Assembly (NCBI GenBank): GCA_965116875.1
Contig: OZ220733.1
Location: 2,336,001 to 2,400,000 of the forward strand
Length of the DNA: 64,000 nucleotides
Source of the DNA: Candidatus Latescibacterota bacterium
GTDB taxonomy: Bacteria; Latescibacterota; UBA2968; GCA-2709665
Direction: 5' to 3'
How positions within the stretch are numbered: position 1 is the first letter of the stretch; each line of letters opens with the position of its first letter. Position numbers and translations under genes: made by a program. The notes below the pieces were generated by a model. That model was given only the letters and a program-made list of their open reading frames with translations. It was not told the origin of the DNA and ran no database searches. Shown here one piece after another: positions 48,060 through 59,700 of this stretch.

Positions 48060-50201
48060 ATGAAACGTCTATCGATCCTGTTTGCGGCCCTCGCATCCTG
48101 TCTTTGGATCTGCGCGCCCCTGGCGCACGGGTACCAATCAGGTCCCTTCCCGGACTTTGACGAAGACGGCGTGGTGGGCTTTGCGGACTTTCTGCAATTT
48201 GCGGGGAGATTCGGTGCACATCGCGGCGATGGGAAGTACGACGACCGATTCGACCTGGACGGTGACGGTGTGATCGGCTTTTCGGATTTTCTGGTCTTTG
48301 CCACCACCTTTGGAAAAGCGTCTCCTTACGCCGGTGATGAGAACGATGTTCATATACCTGACGCCAATCTCCGCGCCGTGATAGCGGACAGCCTCGGCAA
48401 ATCGCGCGACGCGGCCATCACTCGTACGGAATTGGCGACCTTGATCGAGCTCAAAGGGCATGATGCGAGTATCCGTGATTTGACCGGACTGCAGTTTGCC
48501 GTCAATCTGACGGAACTGTGGCTTGACGGAAACGAAATAACAGACCTGTCCGCGTTGTGCGACCTCACTGCACTGACGGATCTGGTTCTCTACTCGAATA
48601 AGATCTCAGATATATCAGCCCTATCCAACCTGGTGAATCTCCACCATCTCAATGTTGCCCACAACACGGTCTCTGACGTCTCTGTGCTCACCGACCTGAC
48701 TCAACTCCGGTACCTGGACCTCTCGGGGAATGAGGCCTCCGACGTATCCGCGCTGGCAAACCTGGGCGGTTTGGTACTGCTCCATCTTGAATCCAACTCG
48801 ATCTCCGACATATCCGCGTTGTCCGGGATGACCAATCTGACGGAATTGAATCTCAGCAACAACTGCATTTCAGATCTGTCTGCGCTTGTTAAGCTGGTCA
48901 ACCTCAGACGCCTGAATCTCTACAACAACAGAATATCGGATTTTTCGCCACTCGCGGCCAATACGGGACTTGGCCAGGGGCACGAGATCGACGTCAGGAA
49001 AAACCCATTGAGCGAGGCATCGCTCAACACGCACGTACCCGCGCTTCGGAACAAAGGCGTTGACGTGCAATTCGAAAATCAGCCGGTGTTGGCATGTATT
49101 CCAATTCTTCCAAAAGGTAATTCAGTGGACGCAGGCAGCTCTCACACGTTACAGACCAATTACCTGTACGTTGACCGCCAAGCAATAAGGCAGGGAGGAC
49201 GGCGGGGCGGAGTACATGCCGTGGCGTACGCCGATTTCAGCGGAGACGGCCACGTAGACGTTTTTCTCTCGCCGCTGGACGGCACACCGCGGGCAACGCC
49301 TGCCGAATTGTACCTTAACGATGGGATGGGGTGTTTCTCCTTTTTCGCGAGTTTTCCGGGGGGGAATCCACCAGGTCTGGTACATCCGAGAAAGGCGCTC
49401 CCGGGTGATTTCAACGGTGACGGCCGAATGGATTTAATGGTATTGGGTCACGGCTATGACAAGCCTCCGTTTCCCGGAGAAGCGCCGTACGTGATTCTCT
49501 CCAAGGGAGATGGATACGTGCTTGGCAGCGGGTTAGAGACCTTTGTCGGGTTTCAGCACGGCGGCGCGTCGGGTGACGTGGATGCGGACGGAGATATCGA
49601 CGTATTCGTCACCCACCTGAATGCCACTGACGGGCCGTTCTTTTTGATAAATGATGGTACAGGTGCATTCGCATTGGATGAGGACCGCGTTGCAGGTCTT
49701 GCGCATAAGGCGCTATTTACCGCGGAATTGGTTGACGTCGACGGCGACGGTTTCCTTGATCTCCTGACCGCCGGTCACGAGTACGATCCCCCACAGGATC
49801 TACAGACGCAAATTCTGTGGGGCGACGTCGACGGTGTCTACAGCACAGCAAGAGCCACGACCCTGCCGGGTGTCATCGGCCGCGGCATTGTCGTGGATAT
49901 CGACGTGAACGACACGGATGGGGACGGCGACAACGACGTCGTCGTCAACCGGACCGGCGACGAAAGGACTTCCACATATCAAGGATACTATTTGCAACTG
50001 GTCGAGCAGGTGGGTAAACGCCGCTTCGAGGACAGGACCGCACAATTGCTTTCTGAACACGAAGATTCCAGCGCCGAATGGTTCGACTGGATCCGCATGT
50101 GCGATTGTGATGCCGACGGAGACGTGGATATCGTGGTGGACGATGCCTCAAGAGACCTGATCTGGGTAAACGACGGAACCGGCAAGTTCCGGCGGCGATA
50201 A
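48060..50201 (+). CDS. Secreted protein: dockerin-like tag, internalin-like LRRs, FG-GAP/VCBS repeats
   Basis: MKRLSILF signal peptide; PDFDEDGVVGFADF; IPDANLR followed by 22-aa LRRs; repeated D(F/V)xGDGxxD motifs. Confidence 0.88.
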   Translation: MKRLSILFAALASCLWICAPLAHGYQSGPFPDFDEDGVVGFADFLQFAGRFGAHRGDGKYDDRFDLDGDGVIGFSDFLVFATTFGKASPYAGDENDVHIPDANLRAVIADSLGKSRDAAITRTELATLIELKGHDASIRDLTGLQFAVNLTELWLDGNEITDLSALCDLTALTDLVLYSNKISDISALSNLVNLHHLNVAHNTVSDVSVLTDLTQLRYLDLSGNEASDVSALANLGGLVLLHLESNSISDISALSGMTNLTELNLSNNCISDLSALVKLVNLRRLNLYNNRISDFSPLAANTGLGQGHEIDVRKNPLSEASLNTHVPALRNKGVDVQFENQPVLACIPILPKGNSVDAGSSHTLQTNYLYVDRQAIRQGGRRGGVHAVAYADFSGDGHVDVFLSPLDGTPRATPAELYLNDGMGCFSFFASFPGGNPPGLVHPRKALPGDFNGDGRMDLMVLGHGYDKPPFPGEAPYVILSKGDGYVLGSGLETFVGFQHGGASGDVDADGDIDVFVTHLNATDGPFFLINDGTGAFALDEDRVAGLAHKALFTAELVDVDGDGFLDLLTAGHEYDPPQDLQTQILWGDVDGVYSTARATTLPGVIGRGIVVDIDVNDTDGDGDNDVVVNRTGDERTSTYQGYYLQLVEQVGKRRFEDRTAQLLSEHEDSSAEWFDWIRMCDCDADGDVDIVVDDASRDLIWVNDGTGKFRRR

Positions 50202-50265
50202 ACGCGGACCTCCATCAAACCAGGACTGACGACGCGGGTACGGATGGACCTTCAGGCGTCTGATG

Positions 50266-50303
50266 GAGATGCGCAGGCGAATGATGCATCGCCTGCGCAT
50301 CTC
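50266..50303 (+). terminator. Perfect 15-bp hairpin after the 48060 gene, possible terminator
   Basis: gagatgcgcaggcga-N8-tcgcctgcgcatctc; only a weak U-tract follows. Confidence 0.5.
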
Positions 50304-50305
50304 TA

Positions 50306-50551
50306 TGTTGCAAATTGCACATGTTGTTGCAAATTGCACAAATCGCGTGTCGACGTGCGGATAAGCCAACACAAATAGTATAGAAACAGATATTTGTAAC
50401 GCTGTATTTGCAATACGGCCCACTTCGAGTCGGGCTTTTTTTTTGTGCGTTTTGCAACAATCCTGACCGGTGCGATTTCAATCGATTTGTCCCTTACTCA
50501 CTTATTAACATTATCTTATATAAAAAACCACATTTGGGCACGATATTTGCA
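50306..50551 (+). promoter_or_regulatory. Sigma-54 promoter with upstream activator boxes (copy 2)
   Basis: TGTTGCAAATTGCACA at 50306 and 50325; TGTGCGTTTTGCAACA at 50444; GGGCACGATATTTGCA at 50536-50551. Confidence 0.85.
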
Positions 50552-50768
50552 TTCGGGTTCCCGTGCACTGTGCAAAACCGGACGATTCCAGGCTGTGCCG
50601 CATTATACGGGAGGGTGAATTCGGCCCCCGTCTCTCGCGGGTACACAGAAGTTTCGGGCGTCTCGTCCTCGACACAGCGCGCGGCCTACTCCCCACGGGC
50701 CGACCCGTGGCGAGTCTCTCCTTCCCAGGCGCGAGACGCCCGCTCTATTCGAGGTATGAATTTCCGGA

Positions 50769-53700
50769 ATGAGATGCGCTTCAAGAACACGCGCCCTTGC
50801 GCTCGGCTTCGCGGGTCTGGTTTTCCTGCTGTTGTTCGTGCCCCCATGGTCGCCGTCCACGCAACCTGCCGGGTATTCTCTCACACTTGATCTGGACAAC
50901 GCCGCGGGCGACCAGGCTGTGTCGTCGCTCGACCTCCTTCCCGATCAGCCATTCTCCATCCAGATCTTCGGCAAGAACATTTCGGGCGCGACCGGCATTT
51001 CCATGCGCTTCCGATACGAACCATCCCAGGCGGTGTACGAGGGCTTCGACCCGGGCGACGCGCTGCCGAACGCGCATGCCGCCGTTCAGCCGGACTCCTC
51101 TTGGGTCCGTATCGACGTGTCGACGTCGAGCGGGTCGGCAACGGCGAACGCCGGTTGGGTCGGCACGTTACGATTCCGTACGACGGCTGCATTCACCGAT
51201 ACGGAGATCTGGCTTGTGGACGCCGGGCTTACCCGCGGCGTGCGGACCGAGACGATCTCGCCCGCCGTCGGCGTGGCGCTGCAGATTGCCGCGGCGCCTT
51301 CTCCGGACTTCGACGGCAACGGCGCGGTGGGTTTCTCCGACTTCGTGGCGTTCGCCGGCAGCTTCGGGTTACGGGAGGGGGATGAAGCGTTCGACGCCAC
51401 GTTCGACCTGAACGAGGACGGCGGCGTCGGATTCGACGATTTCGTTATCTTCGCCAGGCGTTTTGGCGAAACCGTGAATCGCCCGCCAACGTTCGGCGAG
51501 ACGGCGCCGCTTGCGCGCTCGGTGTTGGAAAACGCTCCGGCGGGTGAGCCGATCGGCGAACCGGTCACTGCCATGGACGCCGACGGGGATTCTCTCACGT
51601 ACCGCCTGCGCGGCGCGCACACGGACAGCTTTGCCATCGACGCGTCCACGGGCCAGTTGCTCACAAGGGAGGGGACCTCGTACGACCACGAGGCCAGGGA
51701 CACCTACTCCGTGACCGTACGTGCCAGTGACGGACAGGGGGGCCGCGCCACAATTGCGGTGGGCGTCGCCGTCGCGGACGTGGACGAACCCCCCTCCGCG
51801 CCGCCTGACAGCGTGCGGGCGGCCTCCCGAGACACCACGCTTGCTGTGTCGTGGCTTGCGGCGATGGACGAGGCGGGCAAGCCTCCCGTGAGCGGGTACG
51901 AGGTAGCGTCTAAGCAGGTGGAGTCCGAGGTGTGGCCGAAGGGGCTGCTGGTGGACGGCCGCACGGATACCAGCGCCACGTTAGGTGGACTGACCAACGA
52001 GCAGGCGTATCACGTGCGTGTGCGCACGTTGAACGACGAGGGCGAGAGCCCCTGGTCGGCGCCGGTTGCCGGTGCGCCCACGGCAGGTCCGCAGCCCAGG
52101 GGCGTGGTCCGCGACCTGAGGGTAGACGTAGACAGCGTCGCGCAGGTGAACCTGGCCGGCCTGTTCACACGGCCCGCCCTCGGGGCGCTGGCCTACGACG
52201 CGACGTCGTCCAACGAGGGGGTGGCCACGGTGACCGTGTCGGATACGCTGGCGACTGTGCGCGGCGTGGCGGCCGGGCGCGCGACCCTCACCGCCACGGC
52301 CGGGGACGCGCACGGCAACAGCGCACAGACGACCTTCGGCGTCATCGTAAGCTCTACATCGCCGCCACCGGGTCCCGGCAATGGGGATGGCGGCCCCGTC
52401 GGGCCCATCGGACCCATCGGGCCGCCGCCACCACCCCCACCGCCACCACCCCCACCGCCGAACAACCGGCCGCCGGCCTTCGACGACGGGTCGAGCACGG
52501 CGCGCACCGTGGCGGAAAACACACCCGCGCGCCGTCCCATCCAGCATCCGGTGCGGGCTACCGATCCGGACGGGCACCGGGTGACGTACAGACTATCGGG
52601 CCCGGACTCCGCCAGCTTCTCCGTGGATGCCGGCAGCGGGCAGTTGCGCACGTTGTCGGGCGTCACGTACGACTTCGAGGATAACGACAGGTATTCCGTT
52701 GACCTGGAAGGCAGCGACCCCTACGGCGAATCCGCCACCATCGGCGTGACCATCCACGTGGCCGACGTGAACGAGCCGCCGGAAATTCCCGCAGCGCCGC
52801 AGGTACAGCCGGCGTCGACGACCAGCCTGACGGTCACGTGGGACCCGCCTGACAACACGGGTCCGGATATCACCGACTACGACGTGCAATACCGGAAGAG
52901 CGGCAACTTCATGCCCCACTCGCACGACGGGCCGGGCACGAGTGCGACGATCATCGACCTCGACGTCAACACCCGCTACGAGGTGCAGGTGCGGTCGTCC
53001 AACGACGAAGGGACATCCTCATGGTCCCGGTCGGGCTTCGGCGCCACCAGTTCCAACCTCCCGCCGGTGTTCGACGATGGTAACAGCGCCACGCGTGAGG
53101 TCGCCGAGAATACCACAGGTGTGCAGGACCTCGGCGCCCCGCTGCGGGCGGAGGACCCGGAGAACACCGCGGTGACCTACCGCCTTTCCCGCGGCGACAC
53201 GGAGAGTTTTGACGTCGACACCAGCACCGGTCAGCTGCAGACCGCCGACGGCGTCGACTACGACTTCGAAACGAAGAATCGCTACTCGGTCACCGTGCAA
53301 GCGAAGGACGAACAGGACGGACGCGCGACCATTTCCGTAACGATTGACGTGACCGACGACGACAGCGAGACGCCGGAGACGCCCGACAAGCCCACGGTGA
53401 CGGCACAGACGTTGAACAGCCTTTCCATACGCTGGACGGCGCCTGCCAACACCGGTCCCGCCGTCAACGACTATGACGTGCAGTACAGACAAGGAAGCGC
53501 CGGCGCCTTCACAGACTGGCCTCACACCGGTCCGGGAACCACCACGACCATCGCCAGCTTGAACCCGAACACCGCGTACCAGGTGCAGGTGCTGGCGCGC
53601 TCGCCGGAGGGAGCAAGCGCGTGGTCCGCGTCCGCTGACGCCAGTACCGTGGCCAACCGCGCGCCCACGTTCAACGAGGGCGCGAGTACGACGCGGTCTT

Positions 53701-56700
53701 TGGCCGAGAATACCACGGGTACGAACGATATCGGCAATCCGCTAAGTGCCAGGGATACCGATGGCGGCACGCTCACCTACGCCCTCGAAGGCACGGACCA
53801 GGACGCCTTCGCCCTCGACGGCAATCAGTTGCAAACCCTGTCGGGGCAGACCTACGACTTCGAGGCGAAGCCCCGATATGACGTCATCGGGCGCGTCGAG
53901 GACGGCCAGGGCGGCAGCAACACCATTGCGGTCACCATCAACCTGACGGACCAGCAGGAAAAACCAGGCACGCCGGACGCGCCGGACGTTTCCGCGGCCT
54001 CCTCCACCAGCCTGGGCGTGACGTGGGGTGAGCCCGAAAACACCGGCCCCGATATCAACGACTACGACGTGCAGTACCGGCAAGGCGACAGCGGCGGCTT
54101 CCGTTCCTGGACGCACAACAGCGCCGGCCGCGCCGCCACGATCACGGCCCTGATCCCGGACTCCTCCTACCAGGTTCAGGTGCTGGCGCGGTCTCCCGAA
54201 GGCACGAGCGACTGGTCGGCGTCCGGCACCGGAAGCACCGACCCCAATCAGTTGCCAACATTCACCGACGGGTCCAGCGCCACCCGCACCCTCGCTGAAA
54301 ACACGACGGGCGTGAGGGACATCGGCGATCCGGTTGCCGCCACGGACGCCGAGAACACCAGGCTGACGTACGCGCTGGAAGGAACGCACGCGGACTCCTT
54401 CTCCATCGACACCCGCAGCGGGCAGCTCAAGACCCGATCGGGCAGGACGTACGACTTTGAGGCCCTGCCCCGATATGCGGTGAACGTGAAGGCCGCCGAC
54501 GGCCACGACGGCGTCAACAGCATCCCGGTTTCCATCGACCTGACCGATGTGAACGAGGCGCCCGTATTTACCGGGGAGGAGACGCTGGAGGCGGCGGAGA
54601 ACCAGTCCTTCGCAGGGACGGTATCCGCCGTCGACCCGGACCAGGCCGACGCCATCACGGACTACACGATCACGGGAGGCGGCGACCGCGCCAGGCTCGA
54701 GATCAGCAACGCAGGCGCGCTGACTTTCAGGGTGAACCCTGACTTCGAGAGTCCTTCGGACGCCGGAGGGAACCGGCAATACAACGTGGCCGTCACCGTC
54801 ACCGGCGGCACGGGCGGCCGGGCACTGACGGCCCAGCAGGCGATCGCCATCACCGTCACCGACGAGAACGAGCCGCCCTTCTTCACCAGCGCGGATACGT
54901 TCGAGGTCCGGGAGAACAACCGGGTCACTGGCCGCGTGACCGCCCGGGACGTCGATGCCGCCGATGCCGTCACCGGCTACGCGGTCACCGGCGGGACCGA
55001 CCGGGACGAGTTCGAAATCGTCAGTACCAACCAGTTGCGCTTCAAGGACGACGATGACCCGGACTTCGAGCGCCCGGACGATTCGGGGGGCGACAACGAG
55101 TACAGCGTACAGGTTACGGCCACCGGCGGCGTCTCCCCCCGGGACATGACGGAAACGAAGACGGTCACCGTCCTCGTGGAGGACGTAGACGAGCCACCGG
55201 GCAAGCCCGACACGCCCGTGGTGAGCGACACCACGGAAAGCAGTCTCACCGTAAGATGGGACGAGCCGGACAACACAGGTCCGGATATCACGAACTACTT
55301 CCTGCAGTACCGGCACAGCGGCTCATTCACCGCCTCGCCCGATAGCAGCACGACGCGTACCCGCACCCTCTCCAACCTCCGCGCGGGCAGGACCTACCAT
55401 TTCCAGGTGCGGGCCAAAAACGACGAAGGCAAGGGCGCCTGGTCCAACGCGGGCAGGGCAAGGACGCTTACCGCCCCGACGGTCACCAGCGTCGCTTTCA
55501 CCTCCACACCGCCATCGGGGCAGAACGGCGCCTACAGGAAGGATGACGTGATCGACGTCACCGTCACCTTCAGCGAGGCGGTGGCCGTCACCGGCACGCC
55601 CCAGATGGACCTGACCATCGGCTCCACCGTGCGTAAGGCCGGCTACCAGAGCGGCTCGACCACGACCAGGCTTCTGTTCCAATATACTGTGGCGGGCGAC
55701 GACGTGGACACCAATGGCGCAAGCATCAACGAAAACGGTCTCAAGCTCAACGGCGGCAGCATCCTGAGAGCCAACTCCGCAATCAATGCCGATCTTTCGC
55801 ACGGGGCCCGTGCCAATCAGTCCGGCCACAAAGTCGACGGCAAAGCGCCGTCTATCTCCGACGCGGGAGTAAACGGCAGCCGGTTGACGCTGACCTACGA
55901 TGAGACCCTCGACAGCGGTTCCAGGCCGGCGGCGGGCGATTTTGCAGTGACCGTGGATGACACGGCGAGGAACGTCTCAAGGGTTGCGGTGAGCGGCACT
56001 GCGGCGACGCTCTCCCTCGCCTCCGCCGTAACAGCGGGCGAGGCGGTAGCCCTGGCCTACACCCCGGGAACCAACCCGATCCGCGACCGGGCGCGCAACC
56101 CTGCCATTGCCCTCACGAAGCTGACCGTAACGAATCGAACCCAGGACACGGCTCTGAACATGTGCAACCGCACCCCCCAGGTGCGCAACGAGATCGTCAG
56201 GCAGGCCCCGGTGAGCGCCTGCGGCGCGGTGACCGCGGAACACCTGGCCGCGATCACCAGCCTCCCCCTGGATGACGAAAGCATCTCGGCCCTGAAAGCC
56301 GGCGACTTCTCCGGACTCAGGGGACTGGTAGAACTCGACCTGGAAGACAATAGTCTCAGCAGTCTGCCGACGGATATCTTCTCCGATCTTTCGGCGCTGG
56401 AGGTCCTCAACCTGGAAGGCAACAACCTGGCCCTCAGCGCGAACGCGTTCTCCGGGCTGACCGCGCTGAAATCCCTGGACCTGACCGACAACAGCCTCGG
56501 CAGCCTCGACGCCACCCTGTTTTCCGGGCTGACCGCCCTGACCTATCTCAAACTGAGCGGCGCAGGAATCACCAGCAGTCTGCCGGCGAACGTGTTCTCC
56601 TCGTTGTCGGCGCTGGAAACCCTCATCCTGGAATACGCCGTCCTCGGGAACGTCGACGCCGACACCTTCTCAGGGTTGTCGGCGCTCAAACGCCTCGACC

Positions 56701-59700
56701 TGTCCCATACCCGAATCAGCAGCCTGCCGGCGAGCGTGTTCTCCCCGCTGTCGGCGCTTGAATACCTCGAACTGACCCTCAGCCGAATCACCAGCCTGCC
56801 GGCGACCGTCTTCTCGGGGCTGACGAACCTGGAAGAACTCCACCTGGACAGCAACGAAATCGCCAGCCTCGACGCCGGCCAGTTCTCCGGACTGACGGCG
56901 CTGACCCATCTCGACATTTCCAGCCTGGATCTCACCTCCGTGCACGGCAACCTCTTCTCCGATCTGACGGGGCTCAAGTTCCTCAGTCTGCGCTATAACG
57001 ACCTCACCACACTGCCGGACACCGTCTTTTCCGGACTGACGGAGCTGAGAACGCTGAACATGACTCACAACGACTTCTCGATCCTGCCGGACAGCCTTTT
57101 TTCCGGACTGACGGAGCTGACCCAGCTCTGGCTCGCGTACGGCAAGGTCGACCCGCTGCCGATCGTTGTTTCGCTGGAATCGGAAGGGACGGACCAGTTC
57201 GTTGCCAAGGCCCACACCGCCGCCCCCTTCGAGCTGGTCCTGCCGCTGCGGCTGACCAACGGCGAGTTCGACAGCGGCGAATCGAGCATCGCCATCCCCC
57301 AGGGCAGCGTCGAGAGCGAGGCCCTCTCGGTCTCACGCACCGCCGGGACCCGCGCCGCGGTCACCGTCGATCTCGTCCCCCCCCTGCCGGGCATTCCAGG
57401 CAGCGACAACGGCTACAAGCTGGTGCTGTCCGACGACCTGCCGCTGGAGGTGATCGCCGCGGAAAAAGGGGTGGAGATCTACCCGACGGAGCTGACTATG
57501 CCCGAGGACGCCAGCGACACCTACACGGTGGTGCTGACCATGCAGCCGACCGCGGACGCGACGGTTACGGTGACCGTGCCGTCGAATGCCGACGTCACGG
57601 TGAACCCCTCGCCGCTGACCTTCACCGCCGACAACTGGGCTACGCCGCAGACCGTGACGGTGAGCTCCATCGCCGACGGCGACAGCGATGACGACGAAGT
57701 CACCCTCACCCACGCGGTGAGCGGCGGCGGTTATGGGAGCGTGAGCGTCGACGACGTGTCGGTGAATATCAAGGAGACCGCGGTCACCACCAACAATCCG
57801 CCGTCCATCTTCCACAGTTCCCATTCCGTGGACGAGAACTTCACCGGTCACGTTCGCATTGTGGGCACGGATACGGATGCGCAAGACTACATCACCGGGT
57901 ACGAGATCACCGGGGGCCGCGACCGGGCGCTGTTGGAAATCTCCACCCGGAGCGGCGTGGGTGAGTTGAGCTTCGTGGACGTACCGGACTACGAGCGTCC
58001 GGCCGGCAGCAGCAACCGGCATGAGGTCGTGGTCACCGTCACCAGCGGCATGGGCGCACGGAAGCGAACCGGACAACAGCAGATCACCGTCACGGTGACC
58101 GACGTGGACGAGCCGCCGGGAACACCGTCGGCGCCCGGGTTGAGTCGCCTGACCGTTCCTCCCGGCATCAGGGTGAACCAGGGCCGCACCCGTCCCGTGA
58201 ATACCGGGCCGGACATCAATGCCTGGAGAATTCGATATCGGGAAAAGGACAGCGGCGGCGACTTCATCAGCGCCACGCACAGATCCTCGACCCTGGACGC
58301 GCGGATCGAGAATCTGGCGAAAGGCGTTACCTACGAGGTGCAGGTGCGGGCGAAGAACGACGAGGGGGACAGCGAGTGGTCTCCCCTGGCGGAGATAGAG
58401 CTCCCCAACGAGCCGCCGCTCGCCGTCCGCTCCTTCGACGACCTCACGCTGGCGGTAGGAGGCCCCGTCGAGATCGCGTCCGTAAGTGGCGTGTTCGACA
58501 GCCAGGACGGGGACCGACTGACGTATTCGGCGGCGTCCGGCAATTCGGCTGCGGCTTCCGTTCGGATGATCGGCAGAGAGGTCCTTGTGGAGCCCGGGTC
58601 GGCCGGCAGCACGACAATAACCGTGACCGCGAGCGATCCTTATGGCGCATCCGACTCGGAGTCGTTCGACGTTTCCGTCCGGACACCGGCCCTTGCGGCG
58701 CCCACTCTGAACGTCAGCGGCAACGTCTTCACGCTGGCGTTCACGGATGACTTCGCCGCCGACGAGACACGGGCCTACGAAGTCAGAATCCGTCACAAGA
58801 CGAACCATGGTGCCTGGGCGACGGGGTGCCATACCGAATCCAATGATCAAGCTTCACCACAGTCTATTTCAGTAACGCTGCAGGACGCGGTCTCCGATTT
58901 CTTCGAACCTGGAACCACTTACGAGGCGGACTACGGGTACCTGGGGGACTCCTGCGACGGCAGCCGGATGGGTTCGCCGTCCGCGACCGCCGAGGCGACC
59001 ACGTCCGGGACTGCCTCCTTCGATATCGACGTTGTCTTCGTCGGCAGCATCTCGTCCGAACACCGGTCCCTGGTTGAAGCCGCTGCCGCGCGCTGGGAGG
59101 AGATCATCACCGCCGATCTTCCCAACCATCGTTTATCAACGGAAGTTCGCGATGACCTCAACCGGCGGTATTCGGGGACGACGGCGCCAGAGGTTGTGGA
59201 CGATCTCGTGGTCTACGTGAGAAGCGGTAACACGATCGGGATCGCAGCGGCGACGTCTTTGTGGCATCGGGACCCCTCGGCTCTGCCGTTCGCATCCCAG
59301 ATAACACTAGGAACCCGCTACGTGCTCAACGACCTCGTCGTTCTGCACGAGATGGGCCACGCTCTGGGATTCGGAACGAAACCCTGGTACGATCACGACC
59401 TGTTGAAGGACCCTTCCCGAGGTCCATTCGAAACGCTCATCAGTCCCTCCCCGGATACCTATTTCTCGGGCGCCAAGGCGATTGCCGCCTTCAACGCCGC
59501 AGGTGGGTCGAGCTATACCGGCGCCAAGGTACCGGTGGAGAACAAATCGGCGAACTATGGCAGCCGGGACAGCCACTGGCGGCAGTCCGTCATGCAAAGC
59601 GAACTGATGACGCCAGGAATCTCCGATCCCGCTCCGCTCAGCGCGATCACCATCCAGGCGATGGCCGACCTGGGCTACACCGTGGACGTCACCCAGGCGG

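Noticed and set aside
50565-50650. Riboswitch (e.g. c-di-GMP-I) in the leader shared with 60553-60577 (ctgtgcaaaaccgga.gattcca)
   Set aside because: No recognisable aptamer consensus; the similarity is explained by duplication of the promoter block.
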